Assembly (NCBI GenBank): GCA_003697105.1
Contig: RFFQ01000146.1
Location: 10,565 to 74,564, forward strand
From: Gemmatimonadota bacterium
GTDB lineage: Bacteria; 4572-55; J002
DNA: 64,000 bases
Reading direction: 5' to 3'
Part shown: positions 19,972 to 28,981 of the stretch, one piece after another
Layout of the letters: each line of letters starts with the position of its first letter
How positions within the stretch are numbered: the first letter of the stretch is position 1
Made by a program: the position numbers and the translations under genes
The notes under the pieces: generated by a model
What the model saw: only the letters and a program-made list of their open reading frames with translations
Told to the model about the DNA's origin: nothing
The model's database searches: none

Positions 19972-22725
19972 ATGGAGTATAAACAGACCATCAATCTACC
20001 CAAGACATCGTTCGGGATGAAAGCGAATTTACCCCAGCGCGAACCCGAACGGTTGAAAAAGTGGGATGAGATGAAAATTTACGAAGCTATTCTGGAAAAT
20101 CGGAAAGGTGCCCCCAAATATATCTTGCATGATGGACCCCCCTATGCCAATGGCAACATCCATTTGGGGCATGCGCTGAACAAAATCTTGAAAGATTTTG
20201 TCGTCAAATACAAGGCAATGTCTGGGTTTTATGCGCCCTATGTACCCGGTTGGGATTGTCATGGTTTGCCTATCGAGCATGAGGTCAGTAAAAAGTTGGG
20301 CAAAGAAAAACTGGCACAGATGGAAAAAATTCACGTCCGGCAGGAATGCCGCCGGTACGCGAATAAGTTTATCGACAAACAACGAAAAAGCTTTATCCGG
20401 TTGGGAGTATTTGGGGATTGGTTCAACCCGTACGTGACCATGAGCAACATCTATGAAGCTCGGATTGTACAGGCATTTGCGGAATTTGTCCGTAAGGGTT
20501 TGGTTTACAAGGGGTTGCGTCCGGTACATTGGTGTCCGCACTGCCGTACCGCGTTGGCAGATGCCGAAGTTGAATATCAGAAACATACTTCACCTTCCGT
20601 GTTTGTCAAGTTTCCGGTGGTGAATCAGGATTATTCCATGTTGATCTGGACGACCACTCCGTGGACCCTGCCGGCAAATGTAGCGGTCTGCCTTCATCCC
20701 GATTTCAACTATCGCTTTGTAAAGGTGGGGGATGAAAAATATCTTCTTTCGGAAGACCGTATTGAGGGAGCAATGGAAGAGTTGGGCATCACGGATTACG
20801 AAATTGTCGGCGAACCGGTGCGCGGTGCCGAATTTGAACATTTAGTGTGTGAACACCCCTTTAAATATCGTCATTCAAAAGTGATTTTGGGTACTCACGT
20901 AACCAATGAGGCGGGTACAGGTTGTGTTCATACCGCTCCTGGACACGGTGCGGAGGACTTCCACATTGGACAACACTACGGTTTACCGGTGGTCAATCCG
21001 GTGGATGATGCCGGCTGTTTTATGGTCGAAGTGGCAGAATTCCAGGGACAATATGTGCAAGATGCAAATCGCGGGATTGTGGATAAATTGGTCCGCGAGG
21101 GTGTGATTATTCACCATACCTCGTTTGAGCATTCTTACCCCCATTGCTGGCGCTGCCATACACCGGTTATTTTTCGGGCAACGGAGCAATGGTTTATCCG
21201 GGTGAGCGAAAAAGCATTTCTGAATACCGTCTTGGAAGAGATCAAAGCGACAGAGTGGGTGCCCAAATGGGGTGAAGAGCGCATCCGGTTGATGGTTCAA
21301 GACCGTCCCGATTGGTGTGTGTCGCGCCAACGGTCGTGGGGAGTTCCCATTCCGGTAGTGAATTGCCAGCAATGTGGCGAAGCCCATCTGGATGTGCGCG
21401 TGATCGATAAATTTGCCGAGCTCTCATTGGAAGAAGGGAATGATTGCTGGTTCTCCCATCCGGTGGAAGACTTTCTACCCGAAGGATTTGCCTGTGCCTG
21501 TGGTTCGACGGATTTCAGTGCCGGACAAGATATTCTGGATGTCTGGTTTGATAGTGGTGTCAGCCATTATGCCGTGCTGGAGACCCGCGAGGATCATCAT
21601 TGGCCCGCCGATATGTATCTGGAAGGTCAAGACCAATACCGGGGATGGTTCCAAACCTCCTTGTTAGCCGCGGTAGGTCTTCGCAATTCTGCCCCTTACA
21701 AAACGGTGTTAACTCATGGCTTTACAGTCGATGAGTTTGGACGTGCCATGTCAAAATCAAAGGAGAACGGTGTCGATCCCCAAGACATTATCAAACAATA
21801 CGGCGCCGATATTTTGCGCATGTGGGTTGCCTCCACCGATTATCGTACAGAGATGGTGTTCTCTGAGGGTATTCTCAAGCAAAATATTGATGTGTACCGG
21901 CGTATCCGCAATACCGCACGTTTCCTGTTAGGGAATTTGTCCGATTTTGACCCCCAACAGCACTGGGTGGATTATGCCGACCTGACTGAAATCGATCAAT
22001 GGGCACTTGCCCGCTTGCAATGGCTGATTGCCCGTATCGATAAAGCGTACGAAACCTATGAATTTCACCGCGTATATCACACCTTGCATAATTACTGTGC
22101 CAATGATTTGGGTGGATTTTATCTGGATGTGATGAAAGACCGGCTTTATTGTGATGGCACGGATTGGCAGACGCGGCGGGGCACACAAACGGTGCTCTAT
22201 GAAATTGTCACCGTGTTGGCACGCCTGATGGCGCCGATTTTGGTCTTTACCGCAGAGGAAATTTGGGAGAACATCCCCAATCGGGACGATTCGTCCGCAA
22301 GTGTGCATCTGACCCGTTTGCCGGAACCGAATGATGAAATGTATGATAACGCGCTACTGGATCGCTGGTCTGAAGTGATGAAAATCCGTTCCGAAGTGCT
22401 CAAACCGCTGGAAAAACTACGGCAGGAAAAGACCATCGGCTCCAGCTTGGAGGCGAATGTCACGCTTTATGTAGGTAGTGAACGTCTGCGTAACCTGTTG
22501 GCTGATTTGGATTTGAATCAATTGTTGATCGTCTCTCATGCCGCGGTTGAACCGTTTGACGCCCAAGATGGTATCTGGCTGAGTGAGGAAATCAATGATT
22601 TTGGTGTCCAGATCACCAAAGCTACCGGTGAAAAGTGCGAACGTTGCTGGAATTATCGTGATTCTGTCGGGCAGAGTGAAGCACACCCCACATTGTGTGA
22701 CCGTTGTGAAAAAGCTGTGAGTTGA
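19972..22725 (+). CDS. ileS: Isoleucine--tRNA ligase type 1
   Basis: HDGPPYANGNIHLGH, WTTTPWTLP, GTGCVHTAPGHG, AMSKS, C-terminal CERCW..CDRC; AGGAG SD before ATG 19972. Confidence 0.97.
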   Translation: MEYKQTINLPKTSFGMKANLPQREPERLKKWDEMKIYEAILENRKGAPKYILHDGPPYANGNIHLGHALNKILKDFVVKYKAMSGFYAPYVPGWDCHGLPIEHEVSKKLGKEKLAQMEKIHVRQECRRYANKFIDKQRKSFIRLGVFGDWFNPYVTMSNIYEARIVQAFAEFVRKGLVYKGLRPVHWCPHCRTALADAEVEYQKHTSPSVFVKFPVVNQDYSMLIWTTTPWTLPANVAVCLHPDFNYRFVKVGDEKYLLSEDRIEGAMEELGITDYEIVGEPVRGAEFEHLVCEHPFKYRHSKVILGTHVTNEAGTGCVHTAPGHGAEDFHIGQHYGLPVVNPVDDAGCFMVEVAEFQGQYVQDANRGIVDKLVREGVIIHHTSFEHSYPHCWRCHTPVIFRATEQWFIRVSEKAFLNTVLEEIKATEWVPKWGEERIRLMVQDRPDWCVSRQRSWGVPIPVVNCQQCGEAHLDVRVIDKFAELSLEEGNDCWFSHPVEDFLPEGFACACGSTDFSAGQDILDVWFDSGVSHYAVLETREDHHWPADMYLEGQDQYRGWFQTSLLAAVGLRNSAPYKTVLTHGFTVDEFGRAMSKSKENGVDPQDIIKQYGADILRMWVASTDYRTEMVFSEGILKQNIDVYRRIRNTARFLLGNLSDFDPQQHWVDYADLTEIDQWALARLQWLIARIDKAYETYEFHRVYHTLHNYCANDLGGFYLDVMKDRLYCDGTDWQTRRGTQTVLYEIVTVLARLMAPILVFTAEEIWENIPNRDDSSASVHLTRLPEPNDEMYDNALLDRWSEVMKIRSEVLKPLEKLRQEKTIGSSLEANVTLYVGSERLRNLLADLDLNQLLIVSHAAVEPFDAQDGIWLSEEINDFGVQITKATGEKCERCWNYRDSVGQSEAHPTLCDRCEKAVS

Positions 22726-22740
22726 TCGATCTTCCGTTCC

Positions 22741-22768
22741 GAAGGCGAGGATTCAAATCCTCGCCTTC
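22741..22768. repeat. Perfect palindromic hairpin (REP-like or terminator)
   Basis: GAAGGCGAGGAT-TCAA-ATCCTCGCCTTC, 12-bp stem, no U-tract. Confidence 0.6.
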
Positions 22769-22824
22769 CATGTTCGTATTTTCGGCGATTTTCAGGGTAG
22801 CTCTGCGGGCAACGCGCTCTTTGA

Positions 22825-22975
22825 GACAAACTGGAGGTGTACGCCAAAAGCCGCATCCCGGAAATTTGGATTGTGAAGCCCAAAGATAAAAGCACCCCGA
22901 AATTTATACTCACCGCTAGCATTATCAAGGTTACAATAACGCCGTTTAATCTCCAGCATTCCCAGATGTGAACCG
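22825..22975 (+). pseudogene. Degenerate Uma2 (DUF820) endonuclease remnant
   Basis: Reads DKLEVYAKSRIPEIWIVKPKDKS (Uma2 K..Y...GIPEYWIVD motif), followed out of frame by EIYTH and AFPDV-like pieces. Confidence 0.55.
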
Positions 22976-22993
22976 AACCCTAAAAGCAAATCC

Positions 22994-23743
22994 TTGGTTA
23001 ATTTTTCTGCTATTCCCCATCTGAAATGTGCATTTTCGACCCGGAGCGATGGTAATTTATCTCCTTTAAGAGGTGCTGACCGTAGCACGGCGTTGCCACG
23101 GGCACGTTTATTTTTGCAACGCCACCAAATTGATCCCCACCGGACGGTCAAATGCCGTTTATCGCATGGGACAAGGATCACTCCGGTATCGCTATCTGAT
23201 GGCGGTCGGGGGATCATTGAGGGTCGTGAACCGATTGATGCTACGGATGGGCTAATTACGTCTCATCCGGGTCTGTTTTTGTATCTGATCACGGCGGATT
23301 GCCTACCGGTTTTGGTGGTGGACCCGGTTCAAAGGGTTGTCGGGATCGCCCATGCCGGCTGGCGAGGTACGGCGGCGGATATTGCCGGGAAGTTGATTCG
23401 CCAGATGCAGATGGCTTATCACGTTGACCCGGCGCATATCCACGTGCTTATCGGTCCCGCGATTTGCAGTCAATGTTACGAAGTCGGGCAAGATGTACGA
23501 GATGTGTTTCAACAGCAATTTGCGTTCGATCCGAAGTTGATTTTTAGCTCCAAACTCAATGGTAAATTTGATTTGGATTTAATCCGGGCAAACCGGTTAC
23601 AGTTGCAGGCGGCGGGGGTTCCGGCGGCTCAGATTTTTGAGACCGGCATCTGCACTAAAGAATATTCTGACCGGTATTATAGTGTCCGAGCGGAAGGCTT
23701 GGAAACCGGGCGGTTTGCTAGTGTGATTGGCTTCACCGCTTGA
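22994..23743 (+). CDS. pgeF: PgeF/YfiH laccase-domain protein
   Basis: HG, DGLIT, TADCLPV, HAGWRG, GPAI..CYEVG, CT...YYSVR; start codon uncertain. Confidence 0.9.
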   Translation: MVNFSAIPHLKCAFSTRSDGNLSPLRGADRSTALPRARLFLQRHQIDPHRTVKCRLSHGTRITPVSLSDGGRGIIEGREPIDATDGLITSHPGLFLYLITADCLPVLVVDPVQRVVGIAHAGWRGTAADIAGKLIRQMQMAYHVDPAHIHVLIGPAICSQCYEVGQDVRDVFQQQFAFDPKLIFSSKLNGKFDLDLIRANRLQLQAAGVPAAQIFETGICTKEYSDRYYSVRAEGLETGRFASVIGFTA

Positions 23744-23840
23744 GTTTGGTATTGACTTCATTTGATAAATCATGTATATACAGCCGGAATTTGTGCGGCA
23801 ACATTCCCTTAATTTTCTTCAGCGTAGGAGGTGCTAACTC

Positions 23841-24134
23841 ATGGCATATATCATTACAGAACCGTGTGTCGGTGTGAAAGATAAAGCGTGTGTAGCGGTC
23901 TGTCCGGTGGATTGTATTTATGAAATTGAGGATATGCTTTTTATCCATACTGATGAATGCGTGGATTGCTCTGCCTGTGAGCCGGAATGTCCGGTGGAAG
24001 CTATTTTTGAAGAAGATGAAGTCCCGGAAAAATGGGCGGCATATACAAAGTTAAATTATGATTTATCAGCGATGCAAGATGAAGGAAATACGGATATGGC
24101 AACCGTAAAAGGTATGGATTTGCTGGGTAAATAA
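23841..24134 (+). CDS. 7Fe ferredoxin (FdxA type)
   Basis: CVGVKDKACVAVCPVDC and CVDCSACEPECP; GGAGG SD. Confidence 0.93.
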   Translation: MAYIITEPCVGVKDKACVAVCPVDCIYEIEDMLFIHTDECVDCSACEPECPVEAIFEEDEVPEKWAAYTKLNYDLSAMQDEGNTDMATVKGMDLLGK

Positions 24135-24155
24135 TATCGGTTAGCATTTCATTAC

Positions 24156-24198
24156 AAAAAAACCGCACCGGTTACTCCCAAAGCCGGTGCGGTTTTTT
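24156..24198. terminator. Bidirectional intrinsic terminator
   Basis: A7-CCGCACCGG...CCGGTGCGG-T6 between convergent genes. Confidence 0.85.
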
Positions 24199-24220
24199 GT
24201 ATGTGGCGGCATTTTTCGGG

Positions 24221-27200
24221 TTATTCACGTTTACGCAAATCGATAATCGGTTGGGCGTTTGCCGTTACTTGTAAGGTATCCATTTGTTTGTTGCAGAGGG
24301 TACCGGTGTCATCTTCTACGGTTAATGTAACGGTGTACACCCCCGGTTTTTCATACTCATGGGTTACTTCCACGCCTTTGCCTGTATGGCCGTCCCCAAA
24401 ATTCCAATAATAACTTAGATTGTCCCCATCAATATCGTAAGATTGGCTGCCATCAAAGGTCAGAGCACAGTTTGCGGTTTTCACACACGTGACCCGATCG
24501 TCACCGGCAATAGCAACCGGTGGGGTATTGGCTTTAATCGTTTTTGTGACGATGGTGGTGTTACATGCGCCGGTGGTGTTATCCGTCACACGCAAGGTCA
24601 CAGTATAATGCCCTGCTTTGGCGAAAGTATGGGTCGCGGTTTTGCCTGAAACTTCCGGCGATCCATCCCCAAAATCCCAAAAGTAGCCGGTGATTTGCCC
24701 GTCGGAATCGGTGGAGGCGGCGGCATTCACTTCAAACGAGCTACCCGGACAGACGGAGGAAGGTGCGTCAATCTTCGCCAATGGCGGATTGTTGATGGAG
24801 ACCTGCTTGACGTCTGTTGCCCGTCCAGAAGACAAGCCCGAATTATCGGTAACGGTCAAAATCACTTGATATACCCCCGGTTGCTTATAGGTATGCGTTG
24901 GTGCTACACCGGTTTGAGTCGGTGACCCGTCCCCAAAATTCCATTCGTATAAAATGATTGTCCCGTCGGGATCCACCGACTGGGAGCCGTCAAATTGCAC
25001 CGTCAAATCGCAGAGGCCATCAATATCCGGACCCGCATCCGCGACGGGTGGGGCATTGACTGTCACGGTGAGTTGATCGATTGCCATGCTGCAATCCAGA
25101 CCGGAATTATCTTCAACGGAAAGTGTTACCGTGTATCGCCCCGGTTCGCCATATTTATGGGTCGTACTTACCCCTTCGACCGGTTTGGAGCCATCCCCGA
25201 AATCCCAGCGGTACACCTTGATGTACCCGTCCCTATCAAAAGATTGCCCGCCGTTGACCGCAATTTCCTGATTCGGATTGACCAATTTATCATCTCCGGC
25301 AACAGCAACGGGTAAATCATTGACCAGAACAGTCTTAGAGATGTTACTCTTCGAGCAGGGCAACCCTCGTCCATCATCCACGGTGACAATGACTTTATAA
25401 CGTCCCGGGGATTGGTAAATATGGGTCGTGGATAAGCCGGTACCCGTGTTTCCGTCGCCAAAATCCCATGTAGCTGTTAGGGGATCACCATCTGCATCAG
25501 TGGAGGCGGTGGCATCAAAGGAAGTGATTGCACCCACGCAAGTGTACTGCAACCGTTCGCCAATGTTCGGCGTGGGGGGTGCATTGATGGTTACTTGAGT
25601 TTTTGCAAAGGATTGGTTCATTTTTGTGTCGGAATTATCGGTAACGATCAGCGTTACGTCATATGTGCCGGGTTGTTCATACAAATGGACGACTTTTGCA
25701 CCTTTGCCGGTTTGCCCGTCGCCGAAATCCCACTGATAATCCATGATCATGCCGTCAGGGTCACTGGACCCGGAGGCGTTCAATTCTACCCGCCCGCTAC
25801 AGACTACCTGTGACGGGTTCACCTTAGCCACCGGTGGATAGTTGATTACCACGAGCATTGTATCCCGGTCAAACCCTTCCGGTAGCCCGCTATCATCTCG
25901 CACGGTTAAAATTGCCTGATATTGCCCGGATTCTGCATACGGGTGGGTGACGATTTTCCCCGTTTCCACCGGTGAGCCATCCCCAAAATCCCACTCGTAA
26001 CTCACGATGTTGCCATCTCGATCCGAGGAAGAGGAGCCATCAAACGTGATCTCTTGTCCGACGTGTCCGATTTGCATTCCTTCGGTCAGGGCTTCCGGGG
26101 GATAGTTGACGGTCACTGTGAGTTCGTCGGTGTCGTTACTGCACGGACCTAACGCCGTATTTTTTACGGAAAGTGTGACCTGATATTGCCCCGGTTTGCG
26201 ATAGATGTGTGTTGCTGTCATGCCTTCCACCGGATCGGAAAGGTCGCCAAATGTCCATTTGTAGGTCAATGGGTATTGATTCGGGTCTTGAGACCGTTCA
26301 CCGCTAAAATGAACTTCTTGTCCTACACTGACCAAGCGGTCTTCACCGGCATCGGCGGTGGGGGCGCTCTCTACGGTGATCGTTGCGGTATCGGTATCAA
26401 TGGCGCAAGGTGTTTCGGAATTATCTTGAACCGTCAACACCACGTGGTAAACGCCGGGCGCAGCATAGGTGTAGGTGGGTGAAAGTTCTTCCACGGGCGC
26501 TGTTCCATCGCCGAAATCCCAAATATAGTTGAAGAGTTCCCCGTCTGGGTCAAAAGAGCCGCTGGCATCAAAAAAGATAGATTGACCAAGGCAGACCGTT
26601 CGATCCGGACCGGCTTCTGCCACGGGGGAGGAATTGATCCCGACGGTAATCTCCGCAAAATGGGTATTGCATTCGGACGGCGAATCATCCAACACCACCA
26701 GTTTGACCTTATAAACACCGGGTTGTTCATAGGTGTGTGTGGGTTGGGGTCCTTTACCGACGGCACCATCGCCAAAATACCAGAGATACTCCATGATGAC
26801 TCCGTCTGGATCGATTGATTGGCGCCCGTCAAATCGAACGGTTTTCTCACAAGAGACGATATTTTCACCGGCGTTGGCTACCGGCGGTTCGTTGACAAAC
26901 ACGACCATGCCATCAGTATTGGTGTTACATTCGGTATCGGAATTATCGGTAACAACTAGCCGTACATTATACGAGCCGGATTTTTCATAAGTATGTTCCA
27001 CAATCGCACCTTCTGCCGAGTTTCCATCACCAAAATACCACATGTATTGGGTGATAGTGCCATCGCGGTCATAGGACTTCGTGCCGTCAAAGCGGATCGT
27101 TTCGCCGACGCAGGAATAACGGGATGTACCGGCTTCGGCGACAGGTGGCTCATTGATGATGATGGTCAAGGCGTCGGTGTCGGTATCATTTGCCGCACCG

Positions 27201-28747
27201 GAATTATCTTGCACGGAAACCGTCACGACATAGGAACCGGGTTCGCGGTAGGTGTGTACCACGCGCGCACCTTGGAGCTGTGTTCCATCGCCCATATCCC
27301 AGAAGAAACTAAGCAGATTGCCGTCGGGGTCCTGGGAGCGGGAGGCATCCAGTACCACCGTATTGCAAAAGGGGAGCACATCCTCGCCGGGAACAAGCCC
27401 TTCATAAACTTGGCTACCATGAACTAACAACGTTTCATCCGGCAACACCGACCCCGCTTTGAGAGTCAAATCTTCTCGTAAGATGAGCGCTTCCTCCAAT
27501 GTGACATCCCGATCCAAAACCGTCTGTGCTGGGATACGTTCTCCACCTCGCACCCGAATATCCTGTGGAATTTCGGTGCCCTTGGCGAGGGTTGTCCCTT
27601 TGGGTAAGACGGAACCCGCCCGAAGTTCCACATCAGACTGCACCACATGGCTTTGGTCGAATAAAATATCTTCGTCCAGCTCAAATAATTCGGGAGAAAA
27701 GGTCTCGTCTTGTAGCGTGAGGGGCTTGCCAGAACGAGGCTGGACGGTGGAATACATGGGAAGGGGTTGGTAGTTCTGGTCGGTGACATAGATCACCACA
27801 TCATTATTACGGAAGGTTCCTTTTTGAATTTCAAACGTCCAGGGCGACTCGTAATCTTCTTCTAAAATATTATACGTGGTAGAAAACCACCGTTTGACAT
27901 CATCTTGGGGGGGAATCGGCGGATGTTCATCATCCACACCGAGATCATATTTGGTCACTGCCCAGACGTTATTTCCGGCGGTGTAGGCGGGTATTCCGGG
28001 TCGCGTTGGTGTGTTAAGATACATCACGCTATCATTATCAAAGTCCCAAATATGGTGAATGAGGTAAGTGACATCTCGCATAACCATAAACGGGAATGTA
28101 TGCAATACCACCCCTTTTTCATTGGGCATCCGGAACGACCATTCATAGGCAAAGACTTGAATCTCGGTTGGGGTGGTTGGTCGATCGGGGAAAATGGAGC
28201 AATCTACGCGGTATAGATTCCCGTCATCGCCCTGAATGCCTTCTACAATTAGTTTGAAGATAAAATCCCCGTCGGCATATTCCCCTTGCGCCGGATTCAC
28301 GGTGGCAAGCACAATCCATTTTCCATCCGTTTCGAGCTGCTCGGCAAATGTTGTGTCCGCCAAAAGAGTCCCCGAGCGGTAATCTCCGGTAGGATTGACG
28401 CCGCGGGCATCAGCAACTGTATAGGCACCTTCTCCTCCGTAAAGCGAAAATCGTGTTTGGGTGTCCCACATCCCTTGTGGCTCATCAACTTGGCCGCCCG
28501 CTTCCGGATCATAAATACGGATATATAATGAATCCACAATTTCTTCCGGAATAGCGAAAAAGACGGTCTGTGAAAAATCGTCATCACCCCAATCTGGGGC
28601 ACTTTGATTACCAAACGTACACAAATAGGGAATATTTAAACTGGGATGGGGGACTTCATCCGCTTCTTGGTAGGATGGTGTTCCGATGATAAAAAGGATT
28701 CCCAAAAACAGGGTTACGAGGACGTTACGGAACATCGGTGTAAACAT
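24221..28747 (-). CDS. Large exported protein with 12 tandem PKD domains
   Basis: N-terminal signal/TM, unknown N-terminal domain, 12 W(D/Y/N/T)(F/M)GD motifs with H.Y..PG.Y.V.L.V.D; ATG 28747 with GGAGG SD. Confidence 0.9.
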   Translation of the reverse strand: MFTPMFRNVLVTLFLGILFIIGTPSYQEADEVPHPSLNIPYLCTFGNQSAPDWGDDDFSQTVFFAIPEEIVDSLYIRIYDPEAGGQVDEPQGMWDTQTRFSLYGGEGAYTVADARGVNPTGDYRSGTLLADTTFAEQLETDGKWIVLATVNPAQGEYADGDFIFKLIVEGIQGDDGNLYRVDCSIFPDRPTTPTEIQVFAYEWSFRMPNEKGVVLHTFPFMVMRDVTYLIHHIWDFDNDSVMYLNTPTRPGIPAYTAGNNVWAVTKYDLGVDDEHPPIPPQDDVKRWFSTTYNILEEDYESPWTFEIQKGTFRNNDVVIYVTDQNYQPLPMYSTVQPRSGKPLTLQDETFSPELFELDEDILFDQSHVVQSDVELRAGSVLPKGTTLAKGTEIPQDIRVRGGERIPAQTVLDRDVTLEEALILREDLTLKAGSVLPDETLLVHGSQVYEGLVPGEDVLPFCNTVVLDASRSQDPDGNLLSFFWDMGDGTQLQGARVVHTYREPGSYVVTVSVQDNSGAANDTDTDALTIIINEPPVAEAGTSRYSCVGETIRFDGTKSYDRDGTITQYMWYFGDGNSAEGAIVEHTYEKSGSYNVRLVVTDNSDTECNTNTDGMVVFVNEPPVANAGENIVSCEKTVRFDGRQSIDPDGVIMEYLWYFGDGAVGKGPQPTHTYEQPGVYKVKLVVLDDSPSECNTHFAEITVGINSSPVAEAGPDRTVCLGQSIFFDASGSFDPDGELFNYIWDFGDGTAPVEELSPTYTYAAPGVYHVVLTVQDNSETPCAIDTDTATITVESAPTADAGEDRLVSVGQEVHFSGERSQDPNQYPLTYKWTFGDLSDPVEGMTATHIYRKPGQYQVTLSVKNTALGPCSNDTDELTVTVNYPPEALTEGMQIGHVGQEITFDGSSSSDRDGNIVSYEWDFGDGSPVETGKIVTHPYAESGQYQAILTVRDDSGLPEGFDRDTMLVVINYPPVAKVNPSQVVCSGRVELNASGSSDPDGMIMDYQWDFGDGQTGKGAKVVHLYEQPGTYDVTLIVTDNSDTKMNQSFAKTQVTINAPPTPNIGERLQYTCVGAITSFDATASTDADGDPLTATWDFGDGNTGTGLSTTHIYQSPGRYKVIVTVDDGRGLPCSKSNISKTVLVNDLPVAVAGDDKLVNPNQEIAVNGGQSFDRDGYIKVYRWDFGDGSKPVEGVSTTHKYGEPGRYTVTLSVEDNSGLDCSMAIDQLTVTVNAPPVADAGPDIDGLCDLTVQFDGSQSVDPDGTIILYEWNFGDGSPTQTGVAPTHTYKQPGVYQVILTVTDNSGLSSGRATDVKQVSINNPPLAKIDAPSSVCPGSSFEVNAAASTDSDGQITGYFWDFGDGSPEVSGKTATHTFAKAGHYTVTLRVTDNTTGACNTTIVTKTIKANTPPVAIAGDDRVTCVKTANCALTFDGSQSYDIDGDNLSYYWNFGDGHTGKGVEVTHEYEKPGVYTVTLTVEDDTGTLCNKQMDTLQVTANAQPIIDLRKRE

Positions 28748-28843
28748 TGGGATTGATCCTTCCTCCTTAAAATTTTGCTTGAAATATGCGCGGGCATGGT
28801 CTATAATTAGAAACAATTGCGGATTGTTGTACAGATTCCGTCC

Positions 28844-28872
28844 AGCTTAACATAATCTCCCCCGATTGTCAA
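28844..28872 (-). promoter_or_regulatory. Sigma70 promoter for the PKD gene
   Basis: Minus strand TTGACA-17 nt-TAAGCT with TG extension. Confidence 0.55.
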
Positions 28873-28981
28873 TAATTTTTCGGGATGATTTACTCCGGTT
28901 TATCATCCGGTGTAACTTGTTGATAATTAAATAGTTGTGGATGGCATTGATACCTTATTTAGCTCTAGAAAAGCGAAACGT

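Noticed and set aside
21740-21765. IleRS AMSKS in place of KMSKS as a resistance variant
   Set aside because: The second, catalytically important Lys is kept and HLGH is ordinary; nothing supports altered function.
22741-22772. tRNA-like T-arm (TTCAAATCC...CCA)
   Set aside because: No D-arm or anticodon arm, the G before TTC is missing, and a perfect palindrome explains the sequence.
23762-23773. FNR-like box upstream of the ferredoxin
   Set aside because: TTGAT-N2-ATCAT has the wrong spacing relative to TTGAT-N4-ATCAA.
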